Shown piece after piece: positions 45,750 to 55,920 of a stretch of DNA of 64,000 bases. Each line of letters starts with the position of its first letter. Positions within the stretch are counted from its first letter, which is position 1. The position numbers and the translations under genes were made by a program. The notes under the pieces are model-generated. The model ran no database searches, was not told where the DNA came from, and saw only the letters and a list, made by a program, of their open reading frames with translations. Source of the stretch: Escherichia phage AV111; sequence record OR352941.1, one strand, 5' to 3'.

Positions 45750-45757
45750 TATAAATA
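45750..45757 (+). promoter_or_regulatory. late promoter (TATAAATA) for gene 53
   Basis: Exact TATAAATA on plus strand 42 nt upstream of gp53 start; divergent from the gene 4 late promoter. Confidence 0.55.
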
Positions 45758-45764
45758 GTATTAT

Positions 45765-45772
45765 TATTTATA
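45765..45772 (-). promoter_or_regulatory. late promoter (TATAAATA) for gene 4
   Basis: Exact TATAAATA on minus strand 27 nt upstream of gp4 ATG. Confidence 0.55.
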
Positions 45773-45799
45773 CCAATTTCATATTGGAAGGAGACTATC

Positions 45800-46375
45800 T
45801 TGTTATTTACATTCTTCGACCCAATAGGATATAGTGCTAAAACAGTTAATAAGAATGCACCTACTATTCCTATGACAGACATATTTCGTAACTATAAAGA
45901 GTACTTTAAGCGTGTGGCTGCCAATTATAGATTACGTTCTTATTACATTAAAGGCTCTCCACGTCCTGAAGAACTAGCGAATATCATTTATGGCAACCCG
46001 CAATTATACTGGGTTCTTTTGATGTGCAACGATAACTACGACCCGTATTACGGTTGGATTACATCTCAGGAAGCAGCGTATCAAGCTTCTATTCAGAAAT
46101 ATGCTAATGCAGGCGGCGACCAAGTTCTTTATCATATTAATGAAAATCGTGAGAAATTTTACAATTTGGTTTCATATCCTGACGAGCCTTTAGTGTGGTA
46201 CGATAAAGGTGATGAAGCTCGTAAGTATCCGCAATATAAAGGACCTTTAGCTGCAGTAGATACTTATGAAGCGGCAGTATTAGATAATGAAAAACTTCGT
46301 AAAATAAAAATTGTTGCAAAAGAAGATATAAACTCGTTTATCACAGATTTGATTCGTGAGATGGAGATTGCATAA
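45800..46375 (+). CDS. 53: gp53 baseplate wedge protein
   Basis: 191 aa; MLFTFFDPIGYSAKTVNKNAPTIPMTDIFRNYKEYFK matches recalled T4 gp53; TTG start with GGAGA SD. Confidence 0.85.
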   Translation: MLFTFFDPIGYSAKTVNKNAPTIPMTDIFRNYKEYFKRVAANYRLRSYYIKGSPRPEELANIIYGNPQLYWVLLMCNDNYDPYYGWITSQEAAYQASIQKYANAGGDQVLYHINENREKFYNLVSYPDEPLVWYDKGDEARKYPQYKGPLAAVDTYEAAVLDNEKLRKIKIVAKEDINSFITDLIREMEIA

Positions 46376-48108
46376 TGGAAATGATTAGCAGTAGCCTTAA
46401 TTGGTTCGTTGGTGTTGTTGAAGACAGAATGGACCCATTAAAACAAGGGCGAGTTCGAGTTCGAGTCGTTGGCCTTCATCCGGCTCAGAGAACACAAGGT
46501 GATGTACAAGGTATTCCTACAGAAAAACTTCCATGGATGACTGTTATTCAACCTATTACGTCTGCATCAATGTCAGGTATCGGTGGTTCTGTTACAGGTC
46601 CTGTTGAAGGAACTCGAGTATATGGTCATTTCTTAGACAAATGGAAAACAAACGGGATTGTACTTGGTACATATGGCGGAATCGTACGTGAAAAGCCTAA
46701 TAGACTTGAAGGTTTTTCAGACCCGACAGGCCAGTATCCGCGACGTTTAGGTAATGATACGAACGTATTAAACCAAGGTGGTGAAGCTGGTTATTATTCA
46801 AACTCTAACGTAATTCAAGATAACAACTTAGATTATGGTATAAACCCAGACGATACAGATTTAGCAAATATTCCAGAAGATGATGACCCTAATTTTACAA
46901 TAACAGAAATGTTACGTCGTGACGAAGGTCTTCGTGATAAAGTGTATTGGGACCATCTCGGATATCCTACCGTAGGTATTGGACACCTTATCGTAATGGA
47001 AAAGACCCGAGATATGTCTCGAATTAATAAATTGCTATCTGATCAAGTAGGGCGTGAAGTAACAGGAAATCCGGGAACTATTACATTAGAAGAAGCAACA
47101 GCGTTATTTGAGAAAGACCTTGCTAAGATGCAGAAAGACATTCGTTCTAATTCTAAAGTAGGTCCTGTTTATGCTAAAATGAACAGATCTCGTCAAATGG
47201 CATTAGAAAACATGTGCTTCCAAATGGGCGTTGGTGGTGTAGCAAAATTCAATACTATGCTTAAAGCAATGGCCGAAGGTGATTGGAAAACTGCATACAA
47301 ATCTGGGCGCGATTCATTATGGTTCCAACAGACTAAAGGACGCGCTTCACGTGTAACAACAATTATTTTAACCGGTAACATGGAATCATACGGTGTTCCT
47401 GTTAAAACACCGCCTTCACCAGGAGTTGGTGCCGATTTAGTTACTAGAAATACCGATTCAGAAGACCCGGCTGGTCCTCCTGTTCCATTAGATTCACGCA
47501 TCCTTTTTAAAGAACCGGAATCAAGTTATCGTGGTGAGTACCCATATGTTCATGCTATGGAAACAGAAAGTGGTCATATCCAAGAATTTGACGATACTCC
47601 AGGTAATGAACGTTATCGCTTAGTTCATCCAACAGGTTCATATGAGGAAGTTTCTCCGTCTGGGCGTCGTACTCGTAAAACTGTAGAAGACCTTTTTGAC
47701 ATCACTAATGGCGATGGGAACTTCTTGATTTCTGGCGATAAGCTTGTTAACGTTGGTGCTAATGAAATATATTATAACATGGCAGACCGCCTCCATCAAA
47801 TAGACGGCAATGACACAATCTTTATTCGTGGTAACCAATCTAAAACTGTTGAAGGCGATGGAACTCTTTACGTTAAGGGTAATATCAAAATAGTTGTTGA
47901 CGGAAATGCAGATATTCTTGTTAAAGGCGATGCTAAAACTCAGGTCGAAGGGAATCATGATTACACCGTCAACGGAAACGTTAAATGGACCGTTAATGGT
48001 AATGTTGATATGACTGTTGCCGGGGATTGGGCAGAAACAATGTCTACAATGAGCTCAGTAGCTTCAGGACAATACACTGTTGACGGATCTCGTATCGATA
48101 TTGGGTAA
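46375..48108 (+). CDS. 5: gp5 baseplate hub / tail lysozyme with C-terminal beta-helix
   Basis: 577 aa; N-terminal OB domain, central lysozyme domain (TITEMLRRDEGLRDKVYWDHLGYPTVGIGHLI), C-terminal VxGxxxxx repeats. Confidence 0.9.
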   Translation: MEMISSSLNWFVGVVEDRMDPLKQGRVRVRVVGLHPAQRTQGDVQGIPTEKLPWMTVIQPITSASMSGIGGSVTGPVEGTRVYGHFLDKWKTNGIVLGTYGGIVREKPNRLEGFSDPTGQYPRRLGNDTNVLNQGGEAGYYSNSNVIQDNNLDYGINPDDTDLANIPEDDDPNFTITEMLRRDEGLRDKVYWDHLGYPTVGIGHLIVMEKTRDMSRINKLLSDQVGREVTGNPGTITLEEATALFEKDLAKMQKDIRSNSKVGPVYAKMNRSRQMALENMCFQMGVGGVAKFNTMLKAMAEGDWKTAYKSGRDSLWFQQTKGRASRVTTIILTGNMESYGVPVKTPPSPGVGADLVTRNTDSEDPAGPPVPLDSRILFKEPESSYRGEYPYVHAMETESGHIQEFDDTPGNERYRLVHPTGSYEEVSPSGRRTRKTVEDLFDITNGDGNFLISGDKLVNVGANEIYYNMADRLHQIDGNDTIFIRGNQSKTVEGDGTLYVKGNIKIVVDGNADILVKGDAKTQVEGNHDYTVNGNVKWTVNGNVDMTVAGDWAETMSTMSSVASGQYTVDGSRIDIG

Positions 48109-48111
48109 TAT

Positions 48112-48627
48112 ATGGCACAAATACTTCCTTTAAATACCGACTTAGGAGAAGACATGGAAGGGGCGTCTATTGACGTCCTTTTTACTCCACAGTTAGAAAC
48201 AACCGAAACTTTAGTGTCAATAAATATAACAGATTATGAACCGACACAAGGCATTACGGTAGATGGTAATCGTTTATATGGAACATATGAAAGTGTGTTT
48301 AGCTTTTCTTCGGACGCATTGAAATACCGATTAAATGATGATTTTGAAACCGCATCTTCATGGGATGATTTACCAAAAGATGAGTCCACACAGTTATATT
48401 TGTGGAGAGCTCCTCAGAATCTTCGTAAAGTGTTTAGTTATACGGTTGAAATGATTTATAACTACCAAGAAGAAAGTTCATCAGGAGGTTCTAGAAGTGA
48501 CTCTGGTACAGAACCTCCACCAGCTCCAGTACAAAAAACTCTTACTAAGGTTTATACAAAAACTATAGTAGGAAATTGGAGCAAATGGGCTCATCAATTA
48601 CGAAACTATGTTTATGTGAGGCCGTGA
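48112..48627 (+). CDS. gp5.1-like hypothetical protein
   Basis: 171 aa ORF between gp5 and the PAAR gene. Confidence 0.5.
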   Translation: MAQILPLNTDLGEDMEGASIDVLFTPQLETTETLVSINITDYEPTQGITVDGNRLYGTYESVFSFSSDALKYRLNDDFETASSWDDLPKDESTQLYLWRAPQNLRKVFSYTVEMIYNYQEESSSGGSRSDSGTEPPPAPVQKTLTKVYTKTIVGNWSKWAHQLRNYVYVRP

Positions 48628-48629
48628 AA

Positions 48630-48923
48630 ATGTCTGGCTTAAGTTACGACAAGTGCGTTACAGCAGGTCATGAAGCATGGCCTCCTACTGTAATAAATGC
48701 TTCCCAATCTAAAGTATTCACCGGCGGTATTCCTGTTCTTGTAGCAGGAGACCAAATAACACCTCATACAGAAATTAAAAAACCGTACGAGACTCATGGT
48801 GGTGTTACTGAACCTCGTACATCTAAAGTATACGTCACCGGTAAAAAGGCTGTTCAAATGGCTGACCCAATTTCATGCGGGGATACTGTTTCTCAGGCCT
48901 CGTCAAAAGTCTTTATAAAATAG
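48630..48923 (+). CDS. 5.4: gp5.4 PAAR-repeat spike tip protein
   Basis: Start at [21 protein letters not shown] (ATG 48630); 97 aa as in T4 gp5.4. Confidence 0.85.
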   Translation: MSGLSYDKCVTAGHEAWPPTVINASQSKVFTGGIPVLVAGDQITPHTEIKKPYETHGGVTEPRTSKVYVTGKKAVQMADPISCGDTVSQASSKVFIK

Positions 48924-48931
48924 GAATTAAA

Positions 48932-50902
48932 ATGGCAAACACTCCTGTAAATTATCAATTAACCCGAACAGCGAATGCTATTCCCGAGATTTTTATCGGG
49001 GGCACATTTGCCGAAATCAAACAGAACATTATCGAATGGCTCAACGGGCAGAATGAATTTCTTGATTATGATTTTGAAGGTTCACGTTTAAACGTATTGT
49101 GTGACCTTTTAGCATATAACACTCTTTACATCCAACAGTTCAGTAATAGTGCAGTGTATGAAAGTTTTATGCGTACTGCAAACTTGCGTAGTTCTGTTGT
49201 ACAAGCGGCTCAAGATAACGGATATCTGCCTTCATCTAAATCAGCAGCACAAACAGAAATTATGCTCACGTGTACGGATGCATTAAATAGAAACTATATC
49301 ACCATTCCACGCGGCACTCGTTTCTTAGCATACGCTAAAGATACTTCTGTTAACCCGTATAACTTTGTTTCTACTGAAGATGTCATTGTAGTTAAAGACA
49401 AAAATAACCAATATTTTCCACGTCTTCGATTAGCTCAAGGACGCATTGTTCGCACTGAATTAACATTTGATAGATTAAAACCTATCATTATTCGTGATAA
49501 GAATATTGACCGTAATTTGGTTAAGTTGTATGTTGACGGAGCAGAATGGATTAACTGGACTCGTAAGTCGATGGTTCACGCTGGTTCTACGTCAACAATC
49601 TATTATATGCGTGAAACAGTTGATGGGAACACCGAATTTTATTTTGGTGAAGGCGAAATCTCTATTAACACATCAGAAGGTGCGTTAACATCTAACTATA
49701 TTGGTGGCCTTAAACCTGTTCAGGGTTCTAAAATCGTAATTGAGTATATTTCTACTAATGGCGCAGATGCTAATGGTGCTGTAGGATTCTCTTATGCTGA
49801 TACATTAGCTAATATCACAGTTATTGGAATTAATGAAAACCCAAGTAATAACCCTGACTTCGTTGGTGCGGATGGCGGTGGCGACCCTGAAGATATTGAA
49901 CGTATCCGTGAATTAGGTACAATTAAACGCGAAACTCAACAACGATGTGTGACTGCGACTGATTACGACACATTCGTCTCTGAACGATTTGGTTCTATTA
50001 TTCAAGCGGTTCAGACATTTACGGATTCATCTAAGCCTGGGTACGCATTTATTGCTGCCAAACCTAAGTCTGGGTTATATTTGACTTCTGTCCAACGAGA
50101 CGATATTAAAAATTATCTTAATGAGTATAACTTAGGGACGATAACTCCTGTTGTTATTTCTCCTGATTATTTGTTTATTAAAATGAATATTCGCGTTACG
50201 TATGCATTGAACAAATTACAGGAATCTGAACAATGGTTAGAAGGCCAAATTATTAATAAAATCGACCGTTATTATATTGAAGACGTGGAAATTTTTAACT
50301 CGTCATTCGCAAAATCTAAAATGTTAACGTATGTCGATGACGCAGATATTTCTATCATTGGTTCGTCTGCGACTATTCAAATGGTTCGCGAGGTACAGAA
50401 CTTCTACAAAACACCTGAAACAGGTATTAAATACAATAACCAGATTAAAGATAGAACATTAGAATCTAACGTGTTTTCATTTGATAGTTTACGCGTTGAC
50501 CCTGAAACGGAAGCTACTATTAAATACGACGTTCGCATTGTAGGTTCAGATAGAAATGACCGCGGCATTGGACAAGTTATTATTGGCCCGTTTGCAGATG
50601 GCGACGTTATAGAAAACGCTTATATTCAACCATATACTGGTGACGATTTTAATAAACTTCATGTTACGGACGGAAGAAACAAATATTACTCTATAGGTGA
50701 AGTAAATTATCCGGCTGATTCAATTTATTGGAATATAGCTAAAATTGATTTAACTTCTGATAGGTTTGAAGTTCAAACTATTGAACTCTATTCAGACCCA
50801 GCTGATGATGTTATCTTTACTAAAGACGGGTCGTTAATTGTATTTGAAAATGACTTACGTCCGCAATATTTAACCATAGATTTGGAGCCTATTTCACAAT
50901 GA
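48932..50902 (+). CDS. 6: gp6 baseplate wedge protein
   Basis: Start at MANTPVNYQLTRTANAIPEIF (ATG 48932) as in T4 gp6. Confidence 0.9.
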   Translation: MANTPVNYQLTRTANAIPEIFIGGTFAEIKQNIIEWLNGQNEFLDYDFEGSRLNVLCDLLAYNTLYIQQFSNSAVYESFMRTANLRSSVVQAAQDNGYLPSSKSAAQTEIMLTCTDALNRNYITIPRGTRFLAYAKDTSVNPYNFVSTEDVIVVKDKNNQYFPRLRLAQGRIVRTELTFDRLKPIIIRDKNIDRNLVKLYVDGAEWINWTRKSMVHAGSTSTIYYMRETVDGNTEFYFGEGEISINTSEGALTSNYIGGLKPVQGSKIVIEYISTNGADANGAVGFSYADTLANITVIGINENPSNNPDFVGADGGGDPEDIERIRELGTIKRETQQRCVTATDYDTFVSERFGSIIQAVQTFTDSSKPGYAFIAAKPKSGLYLTSVQRDDIKNYLNEYNLGTITPVVISPDYLFIKMNIRVTYALNKLQESEQWLEGQIINKIDRYYIEDVEIFNSSFAKSKMLTYVDDADISIIGSSATIQMVREVQNFYKTPETGIKYNNQIKDRTLESNVFSFDSLRVDPETEATIKYDVRIVGSDRNDRGIGQVIIGPFADGDVIENAYIQPYTGDDFNKLHVTDGRNKYYSIGEVNYPADSIYWNIAKIDLTSDRFEVQTIELYSDPADDVIFTKDGSLIVFENDLRPQYLTIDLEPISQ

Positions 50903-53900
50903 CAGTAAAAGCGCCAGCAGTCACGAGTCTCAGATTATCTAAATTGTCCGCAAACCAAGTTCAAATTCGCTGGGATGAGGTTGGCGCTAATTTCTACTAT
51001 TTTGTGGAAATAGCTGAGACCAAAACAGCTAATGGGGAAGAAATTCCCCGTAATAGTTATAGATGGACTAATTTAGGATATACCGCTGATAACAATTTCT
51101 TTGAGTCTGGTTTAAATTCATTAACAACATATATGATGCGTGTGGCTACAGCAGCGGAGGGATTTGAGCAGTCTGATTGGAGATACACCGAAGAGTTTGA
51201 AACATTTGAAATAAACGCTTACACATTCCAACATATGATTGAAATGCAATTAGCTAACGAGTTTATTTCTGAAAAATTTACAAAAAATAATACAAACTAC
51301 GTTGATTTTAATAATGACACGATCATGGCAGCACTGATGAGCGAGTCGTTCCAATTTAGTCCTGCATACACCGATGTGTCATCGATTAGAAATTTTATAA
51401 TTGGTGAAAATCAGTATCATGAAATCCAGGGGCATATCCAGGACGTATGTAAAGATATAAATCGAGTATATCTAATGGAATCTGAAGGAATTCTTTACCT
51501 TTTTGAAAGATTCCAACCTATTGTAAAAGTGTCTAATGATAAAGGCCAAACATGGAAAGCGGTTAAATTGCTTAATGACCGTGTAGGATATCCACTTTCA
51601 CGAACTGTATATTACCAATCAGAATATACGACGTATTTGCTCGGCTATGATAAGATTTTTTACGGGCGTAAATCATCCGATATTCGTTGGTCTGCTGATG
51701 ATGTTCGTTTCAGTTCACAAGATGTAACATTTGCTAAAATCGGGGACCGATTAAATTTAGGTTTTGATGTAGAGATTTTCGGTACATACGCGTCATTACC
51801 AGGAAACGTATCACGTATTGCAGAAGCTATTACTTGTAATGATGACTATGTTTATATTGCGGCCAGAGATAAAGTTCGCTTCGTTAAAACCAGTAACGCT
51901 CCTATTGATTCAGATCCATTATCTCCGACCTATTCCGAACGGTTGTTTGAACCTGAGACGTTTACAATAACAGGCAACCCTAAAGCAGTTTGTTATAAAA
52001 TGGATTCTGTTGGTGGAAGAATATTCGCTCTTATTATTGGTGAAGTCGAAAATGTTAATGACGACCCAAGAACAAAGCCTATTTTGGATTCCGTTGATAA
52101 AGGTGTATACGTTTTAGACCATGACGCTGGAACATTTAAAAGGATATTTGGTAATACCGAAGAAGAACGCCGTCGTATAGAACCGGCTTTCACTAATATG
52201 TCTACTGATGGTGTTGAGCTTTATATCTCTTCTAGTAATTTTAAATTTTTAGAATCTGATATTGTTGACGACCCAGAAACGCAATCTAAGTATGGACTTT
52301 TAAGAGCAGTTAAGTATGAATATCCTAGAGAATGGCTCGCAGATAAACATTACCATATGATGATTTTCGCATCAAACGAAGAAAGTAATTGGGAAACTTT
52401 TTCACCAACTCCTATGCAGTATTATGCAGAACCTTTCTTTAGTTATTCTAGAAAATCAGGCACACGTTCTTGGATTAATAACTCTGATAGAGCGGTAGTG
52501 ATTTATTCTGATTTGCTTTACACAAAGGTAGTGGAAAGCCACCCTAGCACTTCACCTGATCGTAAAGTTCATGAATACTGGAATGATGGCGATTGTAAGA
52601 TTGTTATGCCGAATATAGAATTCACTGGATTTAAAAAATACGCATCTGGTATGTTGTTTTATAAATCATCAGGTGAAATAATTTCATATTACGATTTTAG
52701 TTATCGTGTTAGAGATAACGTTTCTATAATTTGGAAGCCCACTAACGTATTCTTGACCGCCTCATTACAAAACCAAGAAAAAGAAACTTCTTGGGTTCCT
52801 GTTGAAGAGACAGGTCTAGCTGACCCGGATTTACGCCCATTACTCACTACAATGATGCCAGAGTCTTATCTGTTGGATAATACAAACTTTGAAGCATTTT
52901 GTGAAGCGTATATTCAATATCTTTCTGATGGATACGGGACTCATTATAATAACTTATTGAATTTGATTAAAAATAAATACCCACGAGAAGAACACGCATG
53001 GGAATATCTTTGGTCTGAAATTTATAAACGGAACATTTATTTGAATGCTGAGAAACGTGATTTAGTTTCTAGGTTCTTTGAGTCCAGAAGTTATGATTTT
53101 TATTCTACTAAAGGAACTGAAGCGTCGTATAAGTTTTTGTTTAAAGTTCTTTATAACGAAGACGTTGAAGTGGAAATTGAGTCATCTGCTGGAACAGAGT
53201 ACGATATCATAATTCAATCTGATTCTATAAGTGAAGATTTGGTTGGACAAACTATATACACCGCTACAGGTAGATGTAATGTTACATATTTAGAAAGAAG
53301 CTATTCTAAAGGTAAATTACAATGGACTGTTACTATTCATAACCTTTTAGGTAGGCTTTTAGTCGGCCAAGAAGTAAAAGCCGAAAGACTAGCAGATTTT
53401 GAAGGTGAAATAGTTCGCGGTATTAAAGGTAAAGAACTTGCCCAAAACACTATTGATTATTTTAATCGTGGTAGAGCTTATTACGTCATGAAAATAAAGT
53501 CAAATCTTCCATCCTCTCGATGGAAATCTGACGTACTACGTTTTGTACATCCGGTAGGATTTGGATTTATTGCAATAACCTTATTAACAATGTTTATTAA
53601 TACAGGATTAACGCTTAAACATGTTGAAACTATTATTAATAAATATAAAAATTATAAGTGGGATTCCGGACTGCCTACGGAATATGCAGACCGCGTCGCT
53701 CGTTTAGACCCTCAAGGTAATGTAGAATTCAATCCTGTTACAGGTGAAGTAATTTATGATGCTGGACCTTATGCCGGTATCGAATACCCTTTACCTGCAA
53801 ATTATAACGAAGAAAATGATAACTCTATTTTCCAAGGACAATTACCGTCTGAACGACGCAAGCCAATGAGCCCATTATTTGATGCATCAGGTACAACGTT

Positions 53901-53997
53901 CTCTAGATTTAGAGAGCTTGTTAATGAAAGATTGTTAGATAACGTGGGAAATCCTAGAGACCCGATTAATCCACCACAGGTTAAATTAGATGAATGA
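50899..53997 (+). CDS. 7: gp7 baseplate wedge initiator
   Basis: 1032 aa, identical length to T4 gp7; ATGA overlap with gp6. Confidence 0.9.
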   Translation: MTVKAPAVTSLRLSKLSANQVQIRWDEVGANFYYFVEIAETKTANGEEIPRNSYRWTNLGYTADNNFFESGLNSLTTYMMRVATAAEGFEQSDWRYTEEFETFEINAYTFQHMIEMQLANEFISEKFTKNNTNYVDFNNDTIMAALMSESFQFSPAYTDVSSIRNFIIGENQYHEIQGHIQDVCKDINRVYLMESEGILYLFERFQPIVKVSNDKGQTWKAVKLLNDRVGYPLSRTVYYQSEYTTYLLGYDKIFYGRKSSDIRWSADDVRFSSQDVTFAKIGDRLNLGFDVEIFGTYASLPGNVSRIAEAITCNDDYVYIAARDKVRFVKTSNAPIDSDPLSPTYSERLFEPETFTITGNPKAVCYKMDSVGGRIFALIIGEVENVNDDPRTKPILDSVDKGVYVLDHDAGTFKRIFGNTEEERRRIEPAFTNMSTDGVELYISSSNFKFLESDIVDDPETQSKYGLLRAVKYEYPREWLADKHYHMMIFASNEESNWETFSPTPMQYYAEPFFSYSRKSGTRSWINNSDRAVVIYSDLLYTKVVESHPSTSPDRKVHEYWNDGDCKIVMPNIEFTGFKKYASGMLFYKSSGEIISYYDFSYRVRDNVSIIWKPTNVFLTASLQNQEKETSWVPVEETGLADPDLRPLLTTMMPESYLLDNTNFEAFCEAYIQYLSDGYGTHYNNLLNLIKNKYPREEHAWEYLWSEIYKRNIYLNAEKRDLVSRFFESRSYDFYSTKGTEASYKFLFKVLYNEDVEVEIESSAGTEYDIIIQSDSISEDLVGQTIYTATGRCNVTYLERSYSKGKLQWTVTIHNLLGRLLVGQEVKAERLADFEGEIVRGIKGKELAQNTIDYFNRGRAYYVMKIKSNLPSSRWKSDVLRFVHPVGFGFIAITLLTMFINTGLTLKHVETIINKYKNYKWDSGLPTEYADRVARLDPQGNVEFNPVTGEVIYDAGPYAGIEYPLPANYNEENDNSIFQGQLPSERRKPMSPLFDASGTTFSRFRELVNERLLDNVGNPRDPINPPQVKLDE

Positions 53998-54994
53998 TTC
54001 AAGTGTTGTCTATCGTGCGATAGTTACTTCAAAATTTAGAACTGAAAAAATGTTGAATTTCTACAATTCAATAGGTGATGGTGATAATAAAAACACCATC
54101 TTTATAACGTTTGGTCGGTCTGAACCATGGGCTGCTAATGAAAATGAGGTGGGCTTCGCCCCACCGTATCCAACAGACTCGGTTTTAGGTGTAACAGATA
54201 TGTGGACTAACATGATGGGTTTAGTTAAAGTTATCCCATCTATGTTAGACTCGGTTATTCCTAGACGTGACTGGGGAGATATTCGTTATCCAGACCCTTA
54301 TACATTCAAAATAAATGATATAGTCGTATGTAATACAGCCCCTTATAATGCTACTGAAGTCGGGGCCGGATGGTTAGTATATCGTTGCGTAGATGTTCCT
54401 GATGTTGGGATGTGTTCTATTGAGTCTCTCGACAACAAAGAAGAATGTCTTAAATTAGGTGGTAAATGGACTCCATCTGTTAGGTCTTTAACCCCTCCTG
54501 AAGGCCGTGGAGATGCTGAAGGGATTATCGAAGTTGGTGATGGATATATATGGGAGTATCTTTATGAGATTCCACCTGATGTGTCTATAAACCGATGTAC
54601 TAATGAATATATAGTCGTTCCATGGCCGGAAGAAGTTAAAGAAGACCCTGCTCGTTGGGGATATGAAAACAATCTAACCTGGCAACAAGATGATTTTGGC
54701 CTTGTGTATAGAGTTAAAGCAAACATAATTCGTTTTAAAGCCTATTTAGACTCAGTTTATTTCCCTAATGCAGCACTGCCTGGTAATAAAGGATTTAGAC
54801 AAATTTCTATTATCACAAACCCCTTGGAAGCTAAACTCCGTCCTAATGACCCTAATATAAAGGCTGAAAAGGATTATTATGACCCTAGAGATTTACAGCG
54901 TCATTCTGGTGAAATGATTTATATGGAAAACCGTCCACCTATTATTATGGCAATGGACCAAACCGAAGAGATCAATATTTTGTTTATGTTCTAA
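53990..54994 (+). CDS. 8: gp8 baseplate wedge protein
   Basis: 334 aa as in T4 gp8. Confidence 0.9.
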   Translation: MNDSSVVYRAIVTSKFRTEKMLNFYNSIGDGDNKNTIFITFGRSEPWAANENEVGFAPPYPTDSVLGVTDMWTNMMGLVKVIPSMLDSVIPRRDWGDIRYPDPYTFKINDIVVCNTAPYNATEVGAGWLVYRCVDVPDVGMCSIESLDNKEECLKLGGKWTPSVRSLTPPEGRGDAEGIIEVGDGYIWEYLYEIPPDVSINRCTNEYIVVPWPEEVKEDPARWGYENNLTWQQDDFGLVYRVKANIIRFKAYLDSVYFPNAALPGNKGFRQISIITNPLEAKLRPNDPNIKAEKDYYDPRDLQRHSGEMIYMENRPPIIMAMDQTEEINILFMF

Positions 54995-54997
54995 TTT

Positions 54998-55017
54998 AGG
55001 GAGACTTCGGTCTCCCT
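54998..55017 (+). terminator. stem-loop between genes 8 and 9 (weak terminator / RNA element)
   Basis: AGGGAGAC-UUCG-GUCUCCCU, 8-bp stem with UUCG loop, short U tail, followed by late promoter. Confidence 0.4.
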
Positions 55018-55023
55018 TTCGTG

Positions 55024-55031
55024 TATAAATA
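55024..55031 (+). promoter_or_regulatory. late promoter (TATAAATA) for gene 9
   Basis: Exact TATAAATA 25 nt upstream of gp9 ATG, just after the gp8 stem-loop. Confidence 0.55.
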
Positions 55032-55056
55032 GTATAAACTATTAAGGATTAGCCAC

Positions 55057-55920
55057 ATGTATATTCAAACTCCAAAACAATTGATTGACGTTGGCGAAAT
55101 TGGTAACGCTTCTACAGGCGATATCCTTTTTGACGGCGGTGTTAAAATAAACAATGATATAAATGCTATTTACAATGCGTTTGGTGACCAACGAAAAATG
55201 GCAACTGCTAATGGGACAGGACCGAATGGACAAATAATCCATGCCACTGGATACTACCAAAAAGGAGGCCCTACTGATTATTTCACCCCTGTTCCAGTAG
55301 GAAGTAGACACGACATAGATGCTTCTACCGGTGGTGTTATTGTTACTGTTGCTAGAGGTGAACTCGGCGATTCCGTGGAATTTATAAATTCAAACGGGTC
55401 AATTTCTGTAAACAACCCATTAAGTATCCAAGCATTAGATTCTATTAAAGGTGTTGCAGGTAATTTAGTTATAACCACACCTTATACTAAAGTTACTCTT
55501 CGTTGTATTTCTTCTGGTGCAGGCGGTTCAATATGGGATTATTCTACAGAAAGTATGTTTAGTCATACCGAAATTCCTGTAGACGGGACATGGAATATTA
55601 TTTCAGACTATGTCAATATTCCTCTATTTTATAAAACTGAATATAACGCTGCTAAACTTTTGGTTACATGCCAATCTGCCAACGGTAGAAAAATTAAATC
55701 ATGTGAAATAAATATTCTAATAGATACAATTAATTCAAGAGTTATTTCAACCGAATACGCAGTGATGCGCGTTGGAAATGATAACGAAGAAGATGAAATT
55801 GCGAATATTAGTTTTTCGATAATTAACAATTTTGCCACTATGACAGTTTCTTCACATATAAATGGTCTTCGAGTGGCAGCTAAAGTTATTTCAACTCAGA
55901 AAATTAGGGTCGCTCAATAA
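55057..55920 (+). CDS. 9: gp9 baseplate wedge, long-tail-fibre socket
   Basis: 287 aa (T4 288); SD AAGGA; late promoter 55024-55031. Confidence 0.9.
   Translation: MYIQTPKQLIDVGEIGNASTGDILFDGGVKINNDINAIYNAFGDQRKMATANGTGPNGQIIHATGYYQKGGPTDYFTPVPVGSRHDIDASTGGVIVTVARGELGDSVEFINSNGSISVNNPLSIQALDSIKGVAGNLVITTPYTKVTLRCISSGAGGSIWDYSTESMFSHTEIPVDGTWNIISDYVNIPLFYKTEYNAAKLLVTCQSANGRKIKSCEINILIDTINSRVISTEYAVMRVGNDNEEDEIANISFSIINNFATMTVSSHINGLRVAAKVISTQKIRVAQ

Noticed and set aside
47193-47501. Minus-strand ORFs inside baseplate genes (47193-47501, 47638-47958, 51993-52193, 56984-57280, 60099-60467 and similar)
   Set aside because: Fully embedded antisense within well-supported late structural genes; no promoter or SD support.
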